The notes: generated by a model not told the origin, from the letters alone. Counted from the first letter of the stretch, positions 11,155-25,202 are shown. The stretch: DNA of 64,000 bases from Vicugna vicugna (GCA_013265495.1 MU058065.1:1013527-1077526); one strand, 5' to 3'. Program-made: numbers and translations.

Positions 11155-13576
11155 CTCAATGAAGCATCCTGTGTTTTAATAACTGTTGGGAAAAACTGGT
11201 ATTGGAATAACACTTTTTAAAAAAAGTTACTAGGGTGATTATTTGTTTGATCACTAGGTGTCCCATATCCTAGTTTGTGTATGACTATTCTGTCTTAGAT
11301 TCAAAACAAGTTTAAAGGTCTTTTACCATTGCCTTGGGTTACTGAGCAAAGGGCAGTGTAACTTAAGGCGACATCGCAGTCAGGAGCATGGGGATGAGGC
11401 GGGAAGAGGATCTTCAGTAAGTGCCCGTTGACTTTAGTTCAATTCCAAGTTGCAGGAATGCACAGCAAAGGTCTTCTGAGCCATGTTTATCCCATTAGCT
11501 ACAGGATGTAGGAATAGGTGACTAGTACATCAGAGCACAAACCACAGAGGAGAGACTCAGGCCAGCCTTCTAACCCGTAGCCCTGGCAGCCCATCCACAG
11601 TGGGGATGTGTGCCAGAATTTCTGCTGGCTGGAGGGGAAACATGGAGCCGATCAGTGACTGGGGGCTGGGGGGTGGCTTTCTCATGTTGCTGTGTTTTCA
11701 AGGAAGAAGGACATCCCAGCAGGTAAGAGAAGGGTTGATAACACAATGGCACAAAGATTATACTTTGTTTCCATTCTAGAAGTTACCCCAGGAACCCGCT
11801 CTCACTGCAAATTGAAAGGGCTTAGGATGAAATAACTATAAGAATCATTAGGGGGATAAAGCAAAATAAACAAGGCGCACAAAACCTCTCTGCAACGCCA
11901 AGGTAACGTAACAGAAAAGCACATAGACTTGGAAAACGGATTGTATTAATGCTATCCTCCGCCAGCTAGCTAAAGTTCTCTCCTCTCTGTATCTAATTAT
12001 TTTAAGCTTTAAAAATTAGTAAATGTAATATTTTGGAACAGCTTTCATCAACTAAGACGGCAGCTTATCGTGGTGAGGTTAACTGGGTTATATATGTCTT
12101 TATCCATTGTCTTCTGTTTTCTACCTCTTTTATACCCCAAAAGTGTTTGAGGAGGATTCATTTCATTATGAAGGCATTTACTATTTTAAATTAAGACACG
12201 AGAAATTCTAAATGGCACTTGAGATACCCTTGAGAGAAGTCTCTCATCTCGTGTTTGTACATACTGTATATCTTCATAAATCCAGTCCTGTGAATAGTTA
12301 AGCCAGACCAAATGAGTAAAAAGCACCATATCTCCCATTAGAAAAATAATGCAATCATTCTTCTTAGTTATATTTTTAAAATGGCTTGACATTTTAAAGA
12401 ATTGATGAATATGTAATTTGCTAATCAGTAATGGGCAGTTTCCACGGAGGAATCATCACTAGTCATATAATTTACTATTTCAGAGGAGTTTTATGGATGC
12501 AAAGATTAAAGCTGGGAAACAGGGAGAAACCACTCCAGGAATGACATTACCCTATTTTACACCCATAATATTGAGCAGAAACAACAATTAAGCTTCACAA
12601 ATTACGTCAATGTATTGAATTCCTATTGAACGCGTTATAGATAGAGCATTTACGTGTGGTGATTTTTCCCCAGACTGAATTCCCTGTACACAACCATGTA
12701 CCCAAATGAACATCAGAGCAACATATGGTCCTATGAAGCATTAAGTGATATGGTAGCTTATGCCTTTATTTCTTGCCTTTGCTCCAAATGATAATAGAGA
12801 TCTCATTTACCATGCAGAAACACTTAGCATTCCCTTACTGAGAGCATTTCTGATATTGTTGGCATAAGGGAGAAAAGTCTTTTATTTAAAGACTGCCTTA
12901 TTCATCTACAGTTTTGGGGAAATATCTAGCTTATCTGGTTGGTCAATTTGTCTTTATGGCCTAAGGAAAAAAAAAGGACTAGCTGCCATGTTCAATCCAA
13001 ATGAGGTGGTATATGAATATTTATAAGGATATCAATATTCACAGTGTCTTACAATCATGCTCCAAGCTAAATAAAATTAAAAGTAAAACGGCCACAAATA
13101 TTACAGTATAACAGGATAAGAATTAAACGATATGTACAAAGTCACTGACAACGTCTGTGCAAAGGCTGTGGACAAAACATTTAAAAAGAAATCTACATAA
13201 AACAAAGTAGATAAATTTATCAAATGTTGATAAATTTTCAGAGACAGTATAAAAGTACACAAAACATGGAAGGGAGAAAGAATTTTAAAAAATAACCACT
13301 AAGCCAATACATAGAAGTACAAGTTTACTACATTTATATTACAGAATGATGGAAATCAGAGACAAAAAAAAAACGATTTGGTAACAAACAGCAAAGAAAG
13401 TTGCACCAGTCACAGGGAAGAAGGACTTTCCTTTTTGGATGAAAACACAGACTGCCACAGCTCATCCCCCACCCACCCCATACACACAGAGAAAAACAAA
13501 AGCGAATGCGAACGCTGTTACAGCAACACACGACAGACAGAGGTGGAAAGCATTTGGCGTGTCGCATCACAGGAAG
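11155..13576 (-). other. NYAP2: Probable 3' UTR of the short NYAP2 isoform (3' end uncertain)
   Basis: Follows TGA at 13577; no obvious interspersed repeat and AU-rich. Minus-strand poly(A) signal candidates: AATAAA 12886-12881, AATAAA 12770-12765, ATTAAA 11180-11175. Pumilio-type UGUACAUA at 13138-13131. The end is set at the distal candidate by inference only. Confidence 0.45.
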
Positions 13577-13861
<285 letters not shown>

Positions 13862-15379
13862 TCATAACAATTCTGAAACGAGCTACATTCACAGATCGGC
13901 TCCTGGGAATAAAGAACAAATCACTTAAGCTCAAGACCTTGTTCCCTTACACATTTTACCCCATTTAGTGCAAGTTCCTATACGGTGATTATTGGAGCAA
14001 CAATGTCCCACTAGGGGAAAAAGCCAGTGACATGACTATTTCTGATGCTTCGTTTTCAGCTTTGGTCCATGGGTCTCCTATGTCCTAAAATGTCTTTTCC
14101 ACCCTCTCCAGATTGTCCTTCCATCCCTCCCTCCTTTCATTCTTTCTTTCTTTTTTTTTTCCTTCTTTTATTCTCTTGCTCATTCCTTCTTTTTTCTAAT
14201 TTTCAAGTCTATACTGTTGTGCTGACTACTTTTATCGTGTTTTGAAAGTAACATTTCTCTAATTTAACCTAATTTGCTTTTAGTTCTAAGACTTCTGCAA
14301 TCTTTCATAATCATATTATTTTTCAAAATTAAAAAGACTCCCCTTAAACCTTCCTCTATTTAAGGAGCCTAAACGGACTGCCTAGGTCATTGTCAGGATG
14401 CTCTGGAGATGAGAATTTGAGGATGGATGTGCTTCTTGCCTGTTCATCCAAGAAGCATAGAATTTTGGTACACAGAGGACACTGATTTTCAGATTTACTT
14501 GAAGGTATTTATAAAGGAGAAGAAAATAAGGTATAAAAAGATAAGTTGACATCTGTGTTTTTGTCACAAACTTTTACATAAGCTGTCAGTTTTTGAGTGC
14601 CTTGTATATCCCAGCTTCTGTCTGGGCTATTCCTAAATTATCTCTAATCTAAAAGATGATCTTTAGAACTACAGACTTAGCTATAAATGCTCCCAGTTTA
14701 TGCGTTGGAAACCTGAGGCTCAGCAAGGTTAATATTTACATTGCAAATACACAAGCCCTTTTCAAAAAGCCTTTCATTATAAATTTGACTTGAAAGATTA
14801 AATTCCCTGAACACCTGGCTTCAAATGATATTACATCACTAATTTACTAAGCGGGGACACACGGATGCTGGAGAGCCGGAAGGTGCCCGGTTCTGCTCAC
14901 GTGGTGGGTAGAAATATTATCTTGATGCCACTTTTATACAAGCTGCACTTCAGAGTCAAGTGTTGCTACGTCCGCACCAAGGAACTTTTCCCTGCCGACT
15001 CTAGCCTCTGCCAACTGCCTTCCTGTCACTCCCTCCCCATCCCTCACAGACAGCAGCTACAGACACACAGAGTAAGTTTACACCCATTCACGCAGAGATC
15101 CTTACACACATCCCCCAACACACACACCTTTCCTCTCCTACCCTACTTCCCCTATTACACAATGCCTCACATCCATATCAGAATTATCATCTCAAAGGGT
15201 ACCAAGAGCCTCTTTCTTGGCAAATTAGTCTTTGCTTCTGATTTAGTGGGGGAAAAAGACAACAAACAGGCTTTGGACTAAGATGATTTTGAATCTGACT
15301 CCACGAGTTATGTAATCTTAGAAGTGTTTTAATATCAGTAAGTTTTATTTCTTTTCAAATAAAGTGAATAAAATCACTT

Positions 15380-15810
15380 ACATGACATTCAGCATTATTT
15401 ATTTTATACCGTGTGCCAGGGACTGGGCAGGGTATGGTCACCAAGAAAGCCACTCCTGCCCTAAGAGAGCTTCCAGTCTATCCAGGAACATAGATACTAG
15501 ACAACAAATTCCGCATTTGATTATATAAAAGCAGTTGTGATCGGCCCTCCTGCTGGAATTATCAGTGGTAGAAGAGCGTTACTGGAGGGAACAAGCAAGC
15601 CTTGGAAGGACACAGACATCTTCTCTGTGGTCAGGAAAACTTCAAGAGCTCATTTGCTCTGTGTTCCTTCAACAGAGACTTCTCGAGGGCCCACTACATG
15701 CAGAGCACTGCAGTAGACGCTGAGGATGTGGGTGAGGACCACACCAATTACCCGTATTTTAACAAGGTTTGTGTTTTCTCAGGGGAAACAGACATTATGC
15801 CAAAATTGTT
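15380..15810 (-). mobile_element. L2 3'-end fragments
   Basis: attcagcattatttatt...ccgtgtgccagg...gccctaagagagcttccagtcta; second unit ttcaacagagacttctcgagggcccactacatgcagagcactg. Confidence 0.55.
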
Positions 15811-16639
15811 TGCTGAAAACTGGTGAAAATTAGGAAGGACAAGTCCAACGTGCCACGGTATCACTTATTGAGAATATGCCTCGTATTCTGGGAGCCAGGG
15901 GAGGCTGGGCCCTGAAAATGCTGCGGAAATTAACACCTGCCGACAGCTCTGAGCAGGTGGCAAAAGCTCACGTAGGGAGGACCCCGGGTGCTTAGATTTA
16001 TTTTTCAATCTACCCAGAAGCCAAAAGTATTTCAGGATAGTTGCATTCACTTTATTTCTTATACATTATAGAGAAATAGTAATAAACAAAATATTCTAGT
16101 ATCCAGGAAAGTAGGGGCGAGGTGAGCTAATGATGGATAAAGGATGGAACCCTTTCCACCTGTGATGCTTACAGCCTCATCTCTCTTCTCTCTGTTCTTT
16201 TCGCGTTGTCTCTTTGTCTTGTTTTGTTTTCTCTGCACTTTCTCTCTCGGGACACATGCATTCTCATGCTTCTTATATAATCTTTTCCCTCTTGGGTCCC
16301 CTGGAGGTTCCTCCAGCTCTGTCCTCTCCCCATGTTCTTGCTTGATTTTGAGCCCCAGTGCCTTCCAGACAGTAGTCCCTCATGTTGCCTATTGTTGAAA
16401 ACCAACTTATGGCTTTTCCTCAACATCTTTGGGGTCCTTCTGGTTTCCCCATTTCTAGGAGAAATATCACCTCCATTTTCCTAGAGTCTGAAGTCCAGAT
16501 CTTGTTCCTTTTTAAATTCATAGGTTTCTTTTCCTCTCTCTGTACTTAGTCCGATCGGTAATTTTTTTTTCTTTGTGATTTAATCTCAGCTCACAGATGC
16601 TATCATAATTTTGGTCTCAACAACTTGAGCGAAAAAAAT

Positions 16640-16756
16640 CTGTATAATATATGTGATGTATTATATATAATATACACTTATAGATTAATTATAAATTGAT
16701 TACATATTATATATATTATATAATGTATAATTTGAAATATGTATATTTATATGTAA
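16640..16756. repeat. AT-rich (TA-like) low-complexity tract
   Basis: tataatatatgtgatgtattatatataatatac... Confidence 0.75.
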
Positions 16757-16759
16757 AAT

Positions 16760-17033
16760 CACTTAGCTGGTCCCATACCCATAATCTCTCTGCTCAAAAC
16801 TAGCTTGTATACAATGCCAAGCTGAGCTTCCTAGCTTGCTTTTAGGTCACTCACCTTATGCAGAAATTTCAAATTATTCCATATTCCATATAATAAAAAC
16901 TTTAAGCTCATTTGACTAATTTTTTTCTGTATTATAATGTGAAGGGCTTGCGATTTTTTAATTGAAGTATAGTTGATTTACAATATTGTGTTAGTTTCAG
17001 GGGTACAGCAAAGTGATTCAATTATACATATAC

Positions 17034-17065
<32 letters not shown>

Positions 17066-17870
17066 TCTTTTTCAGATTCTTTTCCATTATAGGTTATTAT
17101 GAGATACTGAATATAGTCCTCTGTGCTATACGGTAGGTCCTTGCTGTTTACCTATTTTATATATAGCAGTATGTAGCTGTTAATCCCAAACTCCTAATTT
17201 ATCCCTCCCCTCCCAACCCCTTCCCCCTTTAGTAACCATAGTTTGGTTTCTATGCCTGTGAGTCTATTTTGGGTTTGTAAATAAGTTCATTTGCATCAAT
17301 GTTTTTTAGAGTCCACATATAAGTGATATCATATGATATTTGTTTTTCTCTGTCTGACTTACTTCACTTAATATGATCATCTTTAGGTCCATCCACGTAG
17401 CTGCAAATGGCATTTCATTCTTTTTATGGCTGAGTAGCATTCTATTGTAATATATACACCACATCTGTTTTATCCATTCATCTGTCGATGGACATTTAGG
17501 TTACTTCCATGTTTTGGCTAATTTGACTAATTTCAAAGCCCTCCCCATGATCTGGTCCCATCTGATCAGAGCCAATGTATCTTTCACTGCTCTCTGCTCC
17601 CGGAAACACACACAACTCAGTCTCCTCCCTCAGTCTCCACACCTGACCCTCCTTCAGTCCTTCACAAGGTGTCCATCAAACCAAATTTCACCTGTTTTCC
17701 AAGGCCTACTTCAGTGTGCACAGCCACTGTAAAGCACCCTGTGATCTCGTTTACCTCCTCTCTTCTGAGCGCCCTTAGCCCTCATGTACCAAGTGCACTG
17801 CCTGCGGCAGCTCTGAGCATTTCTGCTGGTGAAGACCACACAGTAAGTGCTCAATTAATACTATTTTTCT
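16760..17870 (+). mobile_element. L2 fragment split by the L1 at 16923-17520
   Basis: ttcaaagccctccccatgatctggtccca...cacacagtaagtgctcaattaata. Confidence 0.55.
16923..17520 (-). mobile_element. 5'-truncated L1 3' end with short 3' transduction, inserted in an L2
   Basis: Typical L1 3' UTR in reverse (ttttttaattgaagtatagttgatttacaatattgtgttagtttcagg...), internal (TG)n(TA)n. Perfect 13-bp TSD atttgactaattt (16910-16922 / 17521-17533). Confidence 0.92.
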
Positions 17871-19631
17871 TTCGCCAAAGACACTAAAATTAACCTGGAA
17901 AAGGTCAGTGCAACTTCTAAAGGCAAACAGAGTGGGTGACCTTCAGGGATACACATTCGTAGATTCCAGTCTGGTTCTAGTGTTGAAGGTAAGATAGAAC
18001 ATGTTTTAAAACCCGGGTTCAAGGCCTGGCTTCCTGTTTCCTCAGGCAGCAATTGTCATTCAAGGGTACATCACCTTCTACGGGTCCATTTCTGGGGAGG
18101 CATGGGGTTTGGAAACTCTCCCTAAGTTGTGTGCAGGTGATTCCATTATCCACCCATCCACTCTTGAAAGACGTTTAAATATAAAGGTGTCCCAGGATGA
18201 CACAGGTAAACTAACACTGCAACTTGACTTAATTTCCCAAGAGGCATAAATCCTCACACACCTTAAAGAATCATCTTTTATTATAAAAGACAAAGGTAAT
18301 GCATCCCTCAGGATCCTGGCTGACATGTTTTCTCGAGGAGCCAACGTTTCCATGTGTCCCTTGACTGCAGTAGCACATTTAGCCACACGGAGTGAGAAAA
18401 TCCAACCTCTTTTCTTAGGAAAAGATGGCAAATAATATTTCTTTACTGTCAGTTTCCTTTAAAGTTTATGCTGAGGAGATTATCGGAGGAGCGACACAAT
18501 CCAGTGCCTTTTATATTGCCTGTGGATTAATCTCCCCTGCTAGGTTTCCAGCCAGATCTGACTTCATCAGCCTCTTTCAGACACAGATGCTGGTATCTCT
18601 AATGGACAGGCTAAGCGTTACCAAAATCCAAGCAAACTCCCAATTTCCTCATGACCTGAGGAAGCCTTGCTTTACCCTCATTGGACAGTGGTCCAAATCA
18701 GGCCTCTGTCCATCAGCCCCCTTAGGGGCTGCAATATAACTGCTCACCACTCATTACCTGCCCAGCAGCCACCCTGTGGCTCTGATATCAGGTCAGCCAG
18801 TGGGTGACTGTTCAAACCCAACAGGGCTCATATGGGGTATGACTTCCCCTGCAGTGAGACTATTACTTATAAATTCATTACACACACGTGCATACACAGG
18901 CAGGTGAAAATGCACACATCTGTAAGTATGCGCACACACGCACACACACACTCACTCCATAGCATTGCTGCTTAGTGGTCTCATGTCAGAGGCACATTTT
19001 TTAAATTGTGAGGTTATTCTTTATCTCTATTACACTCATTTTGGCTTTTCTTTCTGTTACATATGATCCTTAACTAAAATGCATTACGGTGTTTGTTGGG
19101 ACCAGGTTGGTGAAATAAATTTTTATGATGTTGGATCCACCAAGTGTTCTTTGGTCAAAAGAATGCTCTAAAAAGTCTCAAAAATCCTAGGAAAGATCCT
19201 GTTATTATAACCAAGCCTCTTAGAGATACTCCCAGGCTGTGACATCAAAGTTTACTTTGTCCAGTTCACTTACCTTTGGAAATAGTATACTGTGCTTGGA
19301 GCCTTAAATAGTGAGGCTTAGGAACCATGACACTAAAATCAGTAAGCTTTCATCCTGAACGTTGTTAAAGTAAAAACTGCCAAGGCTTTTGTGTGTGGGG
19401 GGTGCCAAAACAGTGGAATTACCCCTCAAATGGGATCTAAGATAGGGCTCCGCCCCCAAGAAAAACTCATTCCACTAAAAGATTAATTATGAGCTAGAAA
19501 GTACCTGTTCTTCCTACATACAAGGAAAAACCTCTTCTTTTGTAATAAACTACCAATAACCAAGTGAAGTAAAAGTTGCTGTTGTTTGTGCAATTTCCGT
19601 GAAGGTCAAGTGTACAGAGAACAGAAACTAA

Positions 19632-19766
19632 TGAGAGAGAAAGAGGGAGAGACACAGAGAGATAGACAGAGAGGAAAAGGAAGAATGGAAAAAAGGAAGA
19701 AGAAAGAAGGGAAGGGAGGGAAGAAGGAGGGAGGGAGGAAGAGAGGAAGGAAGGAAGAAAGAAGAC
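19632..19766. repeat. GA-rich polypurine tract
   Basis: gagagagaaagagggagagacacagagaga...gaaggaaggaagaaagaaga. Confidence 0.85.
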
Positions 19767-19942
19767 ATTAATTTTAATTCCTTAAAATAAATCATCGTCA
19801 AGATACTACCATGTGACATTTCCAGGGAAGTAATTCATCATCATCTTACCGTTTTTATTAAGTAAGTACCCATTGGACTTCGTTACTTAGAAAGAACTAT
19901 TAGCTTTCTTTTTATTCTTATTGCATATGATCTTTCATTGTT

Positions 19943-20021
19943 TGTCTTTTTTAGGTTTATTTACTTATTTGTTTTTATTATTTCTTGTTTTTTATTTAAG
20001 TGTAATCGATTTACAATGTTG
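19943..20021 (-). mobile_element. Extremely truncated L1 3' end with decayed T-rich tail
   Basis: ttttttatttaagtgtaatcgatttacaatgttg matches the L1 terminus; TSD-like ctttcattgtt / ctttcatgtt on the flanks. Confidence 0.6.
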
Positions 20022-22439
20022 CTTTCATGTTGGTTTTTTTTTTTAACATGGTAATTTCTCAATCATTTCCCATCTTCCCTTTAAGGTGAACTGAATTTCT
20101 GTTCAGGATTATGTCCCTTGGTGTGGTTACAGGAAAATCTCCAAGGCATCCACAGTTACCACTGTGAGCTCTGGCGCTCTCTTTGCTTTCAGAAAACAAA
20201 GGCAAATGACTGTTCTCGTCCTCTAGATCCACGCAGCAATAACGGATTAGTGCATTTTCACCAAAGGACACACTTTCATCTAGCATCAAAGAAGTAAAAT
20301 CAGTCAAATTCTCAGGAGACATAAATTTTTTCCTCCGTCATGTTTTTGTTTTTCAATACACGATATTTTTCTGTACCAGCAGAGACATACCCTGATTTTC
20401 CCTAGTCAATCATGCTGCTGGAAGTTTCTAATCAACGACTTACGGCTACCTGGAGGTCATAGAGAGGCCTTTTATGTAACACACCGAGGTATGCTTATTG
20501 CGGACTCTACTTTCCCTCCTGGGGAAGGCACTTTTTGAAATAACACATATGCTATCTGAGATAAAGTGGCGCCTGGGTAAAAAGGCGCAGTTTTGCCAGC
20601 ACTAGGTTAAAACCTTTACAGATTTCAAACGTTTTGTTTCGATTATACATCACAGCACATTCCAGCAAACATACAAGATGCCCTCATGTCCCACATCAAA
20701 AGTAATTTTTACTGTATATAATTTGAATACTTTTTTTTATCATTTTGCTTTGAAATGATTGGATTGTGAATAATCCAATTAATTCACGATTGGCCATGAT
20801 TTCTAGGCAGTAATCATGCACACCGAGGAATTCTTACAGGATTAGACAATCTAATCTAGAAATTGTTTTCAGATGTAATGGAACTGTTTTAATATTAAAT
20901 TTAACAATTAATTAAGTTGACCTAATGTCACACGTTGTAATGATTTAATTAGATATTCATTAATCGTAATGTGGCAGTTTCTTTTGGAATTTTGGTACGT
21001 CTATTTTTTTGTTAAATATCAAAAAATTTTATAGATCTTGGAAGGAGCTCAGAGGCCTAGGTACTGTTGCTATGATGCTGAAAGACGAAATAAATCTGAT
21101 CATTTTGTGACCATGGAGAAAGAAAATCAGCAGGATGCAGAAGTCTACACTGGGAACAGACATTTTTCTCTCTCTCCAGCTTCTCATGGGATATTCCTCC
21201 TGGGAAGCAGCTGAGACGTACGAAGCATCCTGGAGGCATGGACCAAATCCTAGTGTTACCTGAAGGGTCAGCTAGAAACACTGTTGATGCTGGGATAATT
21301 GGTAGGTCTCCTTGGGAACACCGGAATTCTGGTGAAGATCTAAAACCCAGAGAAAAGTGAGGTGGTAACGTAGTGGATAAAATTCATGATCCAGTGATGG
21401 GCCTAAGAATATTAAAGAATCCTTAAAGAGAATCACACGCATGTGGAGTCAGGAGTACCCGCTGTATTCCTTCTGAATACCTGAGGGCTGGGATTTCCCT
21501 TGCCTTCCAGTTTCTTATGTAAAGAGAGTATAAGTCACACTGTTCACTATGCAGGGATGTCTGTCCTAGACGCTGTAACATAGGGTTGGTTTCTTACATA
21601 GCCACATAGCATAGTGCAGCAGTAACAGGTTTTTTTTTTTTTAATTTGACAGCCTCTTTTGTTGAAATATACAATTTCTGAAATGCCCTTAAGATCTTCT
21701 TCACGTTCGCTGAATATGAAAATGTACTTTTCGCAAAAAAAAGTTGATTTCCCATTAAAAGAAAGTACTGTCTACAAAGAAACTTTATTCAACAAGTAAT
21801 ATATGCTCTTTGATTATTTCTAAAACTATGACATAAAAAAATCCATCTGCCAAGATATACAGCAAAAGACAGATGATTTGTGTCAGGATCAAATGTATAT
21901 TGCCTTGGGGATAAAATTTAACTTTCTGCTACGGTGTCTAAAATAGAATAAACAAACAAACAAAAAAAACCAAAATTCTCTCGTCCAATGATATTAGGGA
22001 TGAATATATAGCAAAAATAATTTAACTTATTTCAAAAATAGTTCACATTTTACTTCTAAATAACAAAATAGAAAGAAAGAAATGCCAGGCTTGAATTTTA
22101 TATAACTCCCACCTTATTAATGTAAATGACAATCAGAACTGGACATAATGCTAATGATGTTTCCTCTTTATACCATTCATTTTGTGGTTTGTTAAAGAAC
22201 AAACATCATGAGACAAAACGTAACCAGATGTCAAATTTCTGTATGGTCTTTGTAGCACGTTCTGCTTCAATGGCTGTGGTCCTTATGATTCTACCCTGAA
22301 CCACCTATCATAGACATAAAATGAGCAGCATGTGTGTCTTGGAACAAGACCAGTATAAGACTACAGATGGAGAGCCCCCATGGTAAGGGACTTCAATCTG
22401 ATCTCCGGTAATGGCCATGTCCATTCATTTTACAGCAGA

Positions 22440-23350
22440 ACTTCTGGGTGGCTCTAAGGCCCTTTGGGGAGGTGGTGACGTTAGCTAGAAACTATTTTCA
22501 TAAAAATACTAAGACATTCTTTGTTTTTTCCACTGTGTTAACAAATGTGCCGAACACTCAGAAACAGGTCTGGGTACATCTGCTGTGACCTCAGCACATC
22601 AAAGCAACGGCACCAAACTGTGTATTTTTCGCTGCCACGCAGACTTGGATATTTGGCAGAAATCTGCTCAAAAGGGAACAAAGTGAGCTTACTTCTTTAA
22701 GGAAGACAACTGGCAGTATTTGTTGACAACGATGAATTTGAGCTTCCAGGCAAAAATTAAAAATTTGGAAAACTTGTATTTACCACTGTGAGCTTGACAG
22801 CATCCTAATGTTTAAAGACATTTCTTATGAGATCAGCGGTGATGGTAATAAATGTGCTGTATTGACTTTTATAACAAACTGTGTCAACGTGTGGAAGATC
22901 TGCATGACTTAGTGAACTGGTATTTTTTAAAAGCACAGTATTATAAATCATTCATGGGAAAGATACATTTAAAGTCCAAATTAGACCAATGGATTTTAGT
23001 GTAACAGAGCATGATGAGTTTACTGATGTGTAACTAATGCTTACGAAACTGTTGCTGGTTGAGTTTGGGAGAACAATTTTAAAAGAATATCCACAATTAC
23101 ATAAAAAAACTATTAAAATCTTCCTCTTTTTTAAACTATGCATTTCGTGTAAGGCCAGATTCCCTTCATATATTTTAACCAAAGCAACATATCACAATAA
23201 ATTGAATCCAAAGCAGGTGAGAATCTATGTTCTGCTGAGTCAGACATCAAAGAGATTTGCAAAAACGTAAAACAATACCAATCTGGTAACCCATTTGTTA
23301 CAGTTTTAGAAAATATAGTTATTTTTCGTGAAAAAAACTATCGATGTCAA
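22440..23350 (+). mobile_element. hAT-Charlie (Charlie1-type) DNA transposon relic with transposase C-terminus
   Basis: aaactattttcataaaaatactaagac...ggcaccaaactg...tttggaaaacttgtatttaccactgtgagcttgacagc. ORF 23037..23270 (EF..TILKEYPQLHKKTIKIFLFF..CKARF..) is a decayed hAT dimerisation domain. Confidence 0.85.
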
Positions 23351-24189
23351 TCTATAATGGGTTAATTATTTTTTAATGAATAGATAATTTTAATTTCTAA
23401 CATGATAAATACTGTTGGGCTTCACCCACATAAAGGAAAGCTCTTTGGGGTTCTCAATAATTTTGAAGAACATAGGGCTTCTATGACTGAAGAGTTTAAG
23501 AACTGTTGCTTCTACAGACTCTGGGTCCCCACAGAGTTCTCTTAAGTTTTTATCCAATTAATTTTCCAGTGGAGTATTTAAAAAACAAAAATTGAAGCAG
23601 AGGGAGATACGATGTTGAAGCACGAGAAACATGGGAAAGCCTTTGAAAACTCCAGAGGATTTGGGAACCACCAGTTATTAAATGCTGCCCTAGAAAAATC
23701 CGTACAGCTATGTCCAAGAAAAGCTATTACCTGCCTGGGAGACCTGAGGGAAGCCATCCAAATTCTCAGGGCACTTTTCATCACTTATAATAAGAAGTAA
23801 GCTCCAAGGTTCACTGACTCTTAGATGTTCATAAGTGAAATATGTTGGAATCATTGAAATGACCTTAAAAATACTCTTGACTGATCACGAGCTAGTTTAC
23901 TGAGGTCACTGCTTTTATTTCTCCTTTTTGTGCTTTATTCACTTAGTTATTTTCAAATAAAGCTTAGTATCATATATACATGGGAGAGACCCAGAAGAAC
24001 TGAGGGAACCCTGTGCTTTATTTTTGTAACAATATTGGTAGGATTATGCAGAACTCCAGTTTGCTATTTGCTAACAAAGTCTAAAATTGTTGATACTAAA
24101 TGGTTAAACATAACAGTTATTTTAAAATGAAATTTAGGAGGGGTAATGGTCATTTTTCATTTTCACCTATCCAGAATCCATTTATTCTT

Positions 24190-24450
24190 TTCTTTTTTTC
24201 TCCGAATTTCCTTCGGAGAACAGTATCACCGGTGATCTCAATTTTCATGGTTCCAGAGTGGGGGCTGACCCCAGCTTCAGCTCCAGAAGTGGCCATGTGA
24301 TCAGGCCTCTCCAGTCAATCCTTCTGCCCCCTTGGCTTCACTGACTCGCTCAGGATTGACCATGTGACCCAAGTCCACCAATGAGAATTGCCTTCATGCT
24401 TTTGCTGGAGTTCTTGAGAAATAGGTATATTTTTGTGTAAGAGCTGCTAA
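24190..24450 (+). mobile_element. MLT1 (ERVL-MaLR) LTR fragment
   Basis: ggggctgaccccagc...ggccatgtgatcaggcc...catgtgacccaagtccaccaatgaga. Confidence 0.6.
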
Positions 24451-24474
24451 ACTCTCATTACTGACTGGCTGAAT

Positions 24475-24650
24475 GACTGTGGACACCTTGCTTGACCATT
24501 AAGCTTCCATTTGTTCTCCCATTTGTAAAATGGGAGAAGTAAAGGTAGCTATCTTGTATAATTATTATAAACATTAAATAAGACAATAAGTGTAAATTTC
24601 ACCGCAGTGGCCAGCATGTCATAAGAGCTCGAGAAATCTTAGCTGCTTTT
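24475..24650 (+). mobile_element. MIR SINE
   Basis: ttctcccatttgtaaaatgggagaagtaa core. Confidence 0.65.
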
Positions 24651-25202
24651 ATTATTTAAAGGCAAATGTGATCTTTCAGCTCCTCTGCTTATAATATAAT
24701 GAAATGTAAACTGCTTCCTTATGATGGTACACATGGTTCAGCACACATAATCAGCCTCACCTGCGGCCTTGCACCTGCCACACTGCATTAAATTCTCCTA
24801 ACGCTCCATGCCTTCTCTTACTCTAGGATTTTAATGATGCCACTCATTCTGCCCGACACACTTATTCCTTCTCCCTTTCTCCCCTTCCCTTCTTTACTGA
24901 ACTGTATGCTTTGTGAGGACAAGAGCTGGGCCTGTCTCATTCTCCACAATATTTCCCCTGAATAACATAGCAAATCCCTGATAAGGACTCATGCAGTATT
25001 AACTGAATGAATTATTTTAAACCGTATTTTGAAGAATAAAGCCAGTGTAAAAGATGAATTATCTGTATAGTTCTCATTTTTTTTTTAAAAAGAATCTTCC
25101 TCCATTGCTTCATCTTTCCCAAGATTCCAGCAAAAAGGCAAAACTACATTGACTAGACTTTAATTGAATTTAACATATTAAAAAAAAAAAAAGTGGGGAA
25201 AA

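Noticed and set aside
20059-20322. 87-aa minus-strand ORF with protein-like composition
   Set aside because: No recognisable homology or flanking splice signals; length is within chance expectation.
23037-23270. 77-aa ORF with hAT-like residues as a domesticated transposase gene
   Set aside because: Heavily diverged, fragmentary Charlie1 relic; no long intact transposase frame.
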